DNA of 30,287 bases, taken from the NCBI GenBank assembly GCA_000182565.2, contig KQ257468.1. The stretch is one strand, 5' to 3'. The number at the start of each line of letters is the position of its first letter. Within the stretch, counting starts at the first letter, position 1. Source of the stretch: Spizellomyces punctatus DAOM BR117. Lineage: Eukaryota. A program made the translations under genes and the position numbers. Of the stretch, positions 21,192 through 30,287 are shown piece by piece. The notes below the pieces were generated by a model that saw nothing but the letters and a program-made list of their open reading frames with translations, had not been told where the DNA came from and did not search any database.

Positions 21192-24100
21192 ATGGCTATG
21201 AACTTTGGTCCCCAGTGGTAAGTTGCAGTGAGCACACAGTCTAAAGACTGGGAAGCCTGCCTGCAAGTAATGTTCATCATGGTGAATCACAAGAGATTCC
21301 TGTGGGCACCACGGGTTTCGTCGCCATACCATAAAGGGTTGCCTATCATGTAGGTAAACTAAGCGCCAACTGTTGCCTCTAGGATGCGCAAGATCCCCAC
21401 CAATGACGGCGCAGTCCGGTCTTCGTCTCCTACACTCTCCGGTCCCAGTACGCCAACTGGAATGAGCGCAAATACCTTCTGGGGCGGTGCAGGGACCTCG
21501 AAATCAGTGACGCCCCTCTCAACAGCGTACGGGGAAAATCACACCTCCGGATCGAGGGACCATAGCGGGGGCACCGGATGGTCGAACTCGGTGTCTTCCA
21601 GCGAGTCTAGTCAATACCGATACTCTAGGGAGTTCATACTTAGTTTGTTTGACCCAGCGTTACCTGCTCCCAATGATTACGAAGCGGCACCTAGTGTTAC
21701 TACGGAGGAGGTGCTGCCACCCATGGCCAATATCCCGCTCAATGACCATGAGAAGAAGGTAGGTCGAAGTAACTGGTCATTTTAAAGTCTATAATGAGTG
21801 CTTGTTGACTAAATGTTACTGGTAGCTTTTCACATCTCAATCGGTTAACAGCGATATTAGTGCACGTCGCACACCATACGGGCGCAACGATTCCAAGGAT
21901 GGCGTACGACCTTCACGGCCTCCTGGTTCAGCACAAAGAAGTATGTGATGTGTATTAGTTTGAAATGTTATTACCAAAATTGCTGATCTTCTGCATCCTA
22001 CCAGGCTACTCAAATCGCGTGGATCGAGGTAATCGCGTCGAGCTTATTTAATGCTTCCTCCATTCCCTCTCTAAGATTTCTGAAAAAGGAGGATCGGTGA
22101 GCGATAACTATCGTCCCCGGCGAGCTGATACCTACGCCGGTGACGAAGATCCCTGGGATACGCCCTCCGGTGTCGGGAGCTTTGGTGGAAATGGTGTATT
22201 TAGCCATGGGGACGACGAATATCGGTCAGCAAGGAACCGGAACAGCGACAGCGGAAAAGAGGTACTCGGAAAGTTAAAATGTCATCATCGATTACGGGGT
22301 TAAACATCTTTCTCTATTGCTAGGCACCTATGCTCTTGTCACATCGTGGGAGGGAGTCACCGGTGCGATCTGCCTCTCCTGCACCATTGGAGAAGCCTGA
22401 CACCTCACCCGGCAAAACGTTCTCCGGTGGAACGCGTCCAACGTCGCCAGTGAAAACGGCTCACATTGCACATCCAGAGCATGGCACGGGCGGGATATCT
22501 GGGCATTCTCTCACCTCGACAGGACCGGTGGCCCCTACTTCAGCTGCACTGCATGCTGCCCACGAAGAAGATCTTGGCCGTCAATCAGTGTCAAGGACGT
22601 CTTCGTTCGTCGATATGTTTGGAACTTTTGCGAGCACTGGAATAAAATCGGATCTGGGGGGCTTACCAACTCTCGGCCTTGGTGACAGACATACACCCGA
22701 CCATCTGAATCCACCTCCTATCACGCGGAGCTTATCAAAAGGAGAATTACATCACCCGCCTGTCCAAAGTGCTCTCCCTCCTGGTATTCCTCATGTGGGT
22801 GCTGCATTCGTCCCGCAGAAGTGGCAGTATAAGGATCCGTGTGGCAACGTGCAGGGTAGATATTTTTGTGTGATGCAGTGGCATATTGGAGAAGACAAAC
22901 TCATTGGCGTTTATTTTGTAGGCCCGTTCACTGCACAGCAGATGCATGATTGGTTTCGATCTGGGTATTTCAATGATGACCTCCCGATAAAGCATGTGGA
23001 TGACTTTAATTATGAACCTCTGGCGCGGCTTATTCAGAAATTGGGTCGAGATCGTCCTTTCCTGGCAGACCTGGAAGAAGCCGAACAGCGTGCGCAGCAA
23101 ATAGAACATCAGAGGCGCTTTGGTCCTGGGATGGGGCTCTCCGGAGCTTCTTACAAGGATTTATATCAGAATGATGTATCCACACCGGGTAGCCTCGGAT
23201 TCAATCCATTTAATTCCTTTGGCAACGTGGCAGGAACACCGACTCTTTTCAGCCCGAATACGTTGGGAGCAGATCCTTTCACGTCCTTGGGTCGAGACAG
23301 GTTTGGCACTGGAGGATATGATCCGTTGAATGGTGGAAATTTTGGACGGCCATCTTGGGGCGAACCTCAACCTGTTGGCCGTGCGGGCTGGTCAGCACTA
23401 AATACCGATTTGTCCTCTCCCTTCGGTCGACCTGGGGCGACACCCGGGTCCCCTGCTGGTAACCTACCCGGCTCATACTTCGACCAACGTGGAGGCGTCC
23501 AAACACTTCCGCCTTCTCAGGATAACCTAATGAGCGCTATGGGTCAACGACAGCCTTCACCATACACTCCGTTTTCCACACAGCAGACTGCGCAAAACTC
23601 TATCCAAGCGCCTCAATCTCCTGCCGCAAACCTCTTCCCTTCCCAGCCCCTTTTAGACTTTGCCGGGACTTCTCAAAGTGGGTCAGCGAGTCATCAGGCT
23701 GGCTGGGGTAACTTTGATGGCCTAAGCGGACATATTAGCGGGTCAGTATCTCAATATTCTGAAGAGGCACATGGTCCTGTTGATGTTGTTTCGAAACTGA
23801 TTGACGAGACGAGTTTGGACCAAGAAATCAGTGACCACAGGGAGGAAAAGTTGCGGAAGACGCATGACGACATTGTGGATCGGTTTACTCAACTAAACGT
23901 GGGAAATATCATTGGCATTCCGAGTAAGCCTGCAGTTGACCATGCAGGTCTGGCCATGGAGGTTGATCAAATGAGAACAAGGGCCAGTGATGTGGATAAG
24001 AATGTAGCCGGAGATCGGAAGGCTCGCGAGGAAGAACGGAGTAATCGATACGACCACGATAATGAAGAAGGACAGCTAAGGGAGCCCCAAATAAGCTTGA

Positions 24101-25515
24101 AAGGAAACCATCAGGAGGACGGAACATCAGGGCAGGTCACTCCGGCAGTTGACCTGCGTCAAATTATGTCGGAGCAAGAAACGCGCAGCAAATGGGAGAA
24201 GGAACAAGTTGCAGCTGAAAAGAATAAGCAGCTTGACAAAGAGCTCGAAGCACTCGACCGTCAGAAGGGCCGTGTGGCCACGTCAGCTTGGGCAAGCGGG
24301 AATACGGAGCGACCGAAACTGAGCCTTAAGGAAATCCAAGAGCTTGAGCAGCGACAACGGGAGAAAGAAGACCGCGAACGCCAACGTCGCGCCCAGGAGT
24401 TATTGTTGCAGCAAGCGCAGCAGCTGCAGGAACAAGAAGCGCTCTCTGCCGGAGCGTCGTGGACAAAAGATCAAGGGCAGGGTGGAGCTGTGTGGGGTTC
24501 TGGCCCGAGACCTCAACCGGTCAGACAGAAATCCCTCGCCGAGATTATGCAGGAGGAAGAGGTGCGGAAACGAAAGGAAGCAGAATTGCGCGGTGCTCAG
24601 ACAGCGGAAACGCAGGTGCCAACTGGTGCTGGCAAGCGTTATGCCGATACTATCGCAGCCGCTGGAGCAAGTGGTACGTCAGCATGGGGCCTTGTTGCAG
24701 CCAGTGGCCGCCCGCCTGTGGCAGCACGTCCAGCAGCTGTGATCGCGTCAGGAAACGTAGTTAAATCCCCGGCACCTGTGCCAGCTGGCGGACGCCCGGA
24801 CGAAAGCATTGCTGGAGCTTGGAACGTTGTTGGTAAACAAGGTCAAGTAGTCCGGTGAGTACCATGTGAGGTTGAGGTGGTTTGTTCAGATTCTGAGCTT
24901 ACTTTGGAACTTTTTCGTGTTGCCAGTCCCCTCACCCAAACCCCAGTTCAACCCGTTCGCCCAGCCGCACCACCTTCCCGAGCGCCAGTCCAAATGGCGC
25001 CCCGAGCCGCCGCGCCCTCTTCCAGTGTTCCTGCGACAATCGCGGGAAGCGCCAACCAAAATGACGGCAGCAAAGGCCCGTCATCTGCATTCATGCAGTG
25101 GTGCCGCTCTGCATTGCGACCATTGGAGAGGAGCACGTCCGCTGGGGTAAATGGTGCGTATGAGATACAAGTTTTGATTGATTGTTGCCAGTGTACTAAC
25201 CTGAAATGGTCAATTCCTGTAGTTGACGATTTTGTGAGCATTTTGCTTTCTGTAGCCATGAACGATACCGCCACGTTGCAGATGATCTGCGATGATACCT
25301 TGGGGGGCCTCACAGCAATTGACCCCCGCAAGTTCGCCGACGAGTTTAGCAAGAAGCGCAGAGCAGATGCCAGCGGCTCTTCAATTTCATCCGATGGATG
25401 GACGGCGGTGGGGCCCAGTGCTCCTAGCACTGCTTCGCTCGATGTGTTTGATTCAGGCAACAAGTTTGTCGTCGTCGGAAAACAGAGCAAGAAAAAGAAG
25501 GGAAAGAAGCCTTGA
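21192..25515 (+). CDS. GYF-domain protein, GIGYF1/2 (Smy2/Syh1 family)
   Basis: Exons 21192-21217, 21383-21758, 21826-21940, 22005-22028, 22089-22261, 22324-22855, 22922-24854, 24927-25153, 25223-25515. Motifs: MNFGPQWMR; YRYSREFILSLF; GYF domain [35 protein letters not shown] and SLAEIMQEE; C-terminal FMQWCRSAL...FADEFSKKR...FVVVGK. Confidence 0.92.
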
Positions 25516-25709
25516 TTTGAATGATCAATGTGTTATGGGGATGTATAGCATTTAATGTTACTCTTTGGTTTTAGCAGAAGGATTAAATATATTTGTAAAC
25601 ATGTGGCCAATCCCACTTTTTCCTTTCTCTACGCATCCCCTGCTGTCATTACAAGCCAGAAATATCTTATTTACTGGCATGAAAATGATGAAGCGATCAC
25701 TGACACATT

Positions 25710-25717
25710 ATGACTCA
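25710..25717. promoter_or_regulatory. bZIP (AP-1/Gcn4-type) site ATGACTCA upstream of TAH18
   Basis: Exact TGACTCA about 90 bp upstream of the ATG at 25807. It is a single short motif and could be chance. Confidence 0.25.
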
Positions 25718-25806
25718 CCGACCAGATCGTTAACAAATCCTTTGCAGTTTTCTCCAGTTCTGATCCATTGAGTTCACCCTTACCTTTTTTTTAAAGCAAA
25801 CATTCC

Positions 25807-27971
<2,165 letters not shown>

Positions 27972-28266
27972 CCATTGTATTTATTTGGGTTTGGCTTAGA
28001 TGAGGTGCTTAGAGTCTTTCGGCTTCCAGCCGTTATGGAATGCAACCCATGGTGATTGTTTGATGCTACTCGCACTGTCTCAAAGTTGTGCGGCCATATG
28101 ACGGGCCACGTTGACGAGAAGCCCAAAACCCTTATTCCCCGTAAGCTATCCCATTTGCTACTCCCGATCAGCCATTCCCGTATGTCTATTCCGTCTTCGT
28201 TATGTGAAGACCAGGGAAATAAGGCCGCCCAGTTTGGAACGACCGCCCTGATTTAACTTCAAAAGA

Positions 28267-28707
28267 ATGGAAAGCGCTTTGTGTATACCATAAAATACGA
28301 CACCGGCCTGTTTCCTAGCCCTCAGGGCGGATCCATTCAGAAAGCCTGTCAAAGTTGGTGATTTGATCGTGATGGAGGGGATCAAATCGAGCATAATCGA
28401 AATGGAATCGTTGCCTTTGCATAAGCCAACGAACCCAGACGTATTCCGGCCGTTCATTGTGAGGTGTTGTTGGGTGGGAAGTCTGTATCCATGATTATGC
28501 TGAGGATGTCTGTTAAGAATTTAGCTGGGGAGGAAGTTTTACCGCCAGAAAAAGCAGTTTCAACATGGAATTTGTAGGAACGGCCATTTCAGCATTTAAC
28601 CCTGCCCTGGAGCAAATACGAAGCCTCAGTTAATACAGAGTACTAACGTGGGCTCCACAACAAGGCATATTTCGACAACGGTGATGAGCGAAGAGCGAGA
28701 GACATGA
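28267..28707 (+). CDS. Putative small multi-exon gene or pseudogene of unknown function
   Basis: Possible exons 28267-28280, 28341-28473, 28518-28573, 28665-28707 give MESALKPVKVGDLIVMEGIKSSIIEMESLPLHKPTNPDVFRPFIVRCCWNLAGEEVLPPEKAVSTWNLHISTTVMSEERET*. A perfect TACTAAC lies at 28641. The model is tentative. Confidence 0.35.
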
Positions 28708-28822
28708 AGACAACTAGTCTAGTCAAGTATTCGTCTGCTTATTAACGTGGCCTAGTTGTAATTATGTACATTGCTTACTCCAATATATATTATCATCTCA
28801 GCGGATGGGCATCAGTGTTCCG

Positions 28823-30287
28823 TCAGGTATCGGTGGCCTCATCTGAAGCCTTCGGTTTCGATTCATTTCGTTGCTTTCGTTTCTTTGAAGCTTCCACCAT
28901 TTCCCTAAAAATATAGATATAAAACACGATGAGAAGGGAACGCAAAAAACATGCCCTCGTCAATAACCCACCGCTTCTTTTTTGCCTTCTTCTCATCGAA
29001 TTTTGAAACAGTCTTGATGGCATCTCTATCAACAGGTTTGCGCTTCAAATTCTTTTTCACATTTTTGCTGGGATTCTTCATGGTCAGCATCCATTCCGGA
29101 ACGTCGCACCCCGAATCCCTCATCACATTTACAACACTCTTCAAATATGGTGCGTCTTCCTTTGTAAAATAAGTCACCGCTTCGCCACCTCGTCCCGCAC
29201 GACCCGTTCGTCCAATTCGATGGATATACGACGCAACACTTTGAGGGAAATCATAGTTGATGACCAAGTTCACGCCCTTGAAATCTATACCACGCGCCAT
29301 CAGCTCGGTTGCAATGAGCACCCATATTTTTCCTGAACGAAAATTTTGGACGATAGTATCACGTTGCAGTTTTGTTCGATCAGAATGAATCACATCAACA
29401 TTGATGCCATCGTACACAAGCTCGTGGAACAGCTCTTTCGCTCGCTCGATCGATTGGACAAAGATTAACACCGGTGGCTTAAGTCCTTGTTGAACGAGTT
29501 GTCGAATAGCTATTAGCTTGCCTTCCTCCTGGCCGACGTAAAGGAGCTTTTGTGTGATGGTTTCCGTGGCAGCATTCCTAAGTGGTAAAGACACATTAGA
29601 CACCAATCTATACGCCAAAGACCCAAATTTACCAAGAAAGACATACTTTTGTCCTATCACGACCCTTATAGGATCTTTCATGAACGTCTTTGCAAGGGCT
29701 TCAACACCTGATGGTATCGTCGCGCTGAAGAGGCTCTTGTACACCCCTTCATCCTTGCAGCTGGCAAGAACCTCATCGATCTGTTCCAAAAATCCCAATT
29801 CCAACAGCTTGTCCGCCTCGTCCAATACCAAATGCTTCACTTTATCGAGTTTCAACCCCTGATGTTGGATTGCATGAACGAGCCTCAAGGGAGTGCTGAT
29901 CAATATGTCAAAAGACGCAAAGGAAGCAGATATTTGTTCGTTGTCGCTAGAGTTTGACAACTTGGTGAGAACGCAGATCTTGAACGGTTTCCCTTTTGAC
30001 AGCTTCTTCATCTCTCGGAAGATTTGAGTGGCGAGTTCTCGAGTTGGACATATGATGGCAGCACGAATGCCTTCCTTTGCGGGACCCTTGAGATCATGCA
30101 GAATAGGAAGGACGTATGCCAGGGTCTTCCCTGATCCTGTAGGAGCGCAGCCCATTATTTCTCGGTGATGTAGCATTATGGGTATGGATTGCATTTGAAT
30201 AGGTGTTGGTGTATCGTATCCGCTGTCGGAGAGGTTGCGTTCACGTATGAGCGGAGCTTGAATCTTGTCAGCAGTCAGAGAAGGAGA
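28823..30287 (-). CDS. ROK1: DEAD-box RNA helicase Rok1/DDX52 (5' end outside the window)
   Basis: Q motif GYDTPTPIQ, APTGSGKT, PTRELA, DEAD, SAT, PPVLIFVQSIERAKELFHEL, ARGIDF, YIHRIGRTGRAG, GCDVPEWM. Introns at 29646-29578 and 28971-28905; last exon REMVEASK...TDT*. Confidence 0.96.

Noticed and set aside
25685..25763. C/D-box snoRNA-like arrangement (ATGATGA...CTGA...CTGA)
   Set aside because: The terminal stem is weak, I recognise no rRNA-complementary guide, and the 3' part looks like an intron acceptor (TTAAC...TTTGCAG). snoscan would settle it.
28597..28603. TAACCCT as a telomerase RNA template
   Set aside because: It is only 7 nt, less than the roughly 1.5 repeats expected, with no supporting structure.

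Overview
Gene-dense, intron-rich eukaryotic DNA with short GT-AG introns (mostly about 45-105 nt) and CTRAC/CTAAT-type branch points. It most resembles an early-diverging, probably zoosporic (chytrid-like) fungus; this is an inference from gene content and intron style. By manual splicing I reconstruct 14 protein-coding genes: PIH1D2-like (partial), MZT1, MEX67/NXF1, a hotdog thioesterase, a CCDC28-like coiled-coil protein, CWF19L2, DPY30, UPF1, a C1orf109/AIRIM-like protein, a SulP/SLC26 transporter, RTT106, FCF1, a GIGYF-type GYF protein and TAH18/NDOR1. ROK1/DDX52 is a fifteenth, partial at the right edge. Twelve of them form six consecutive head-to-head pairs. I found no mobile element, CRISPR array, rRNA or tRNA. 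The most notable observations are: a long nested stem-loop filling the unusually long first intron of MEX67/NXF1; animal-type proteins that budding yeast is not known to have (GIGYF with 4EHP-binding motifs, C1orf109, CCDC28-like, PIH1D2); a probable cryptic multi-exon gene at 28.1-28.7 kb; and an apparent 1-nt frameshift in ROK1. All homology calls come from recalled motifs, not database searches.
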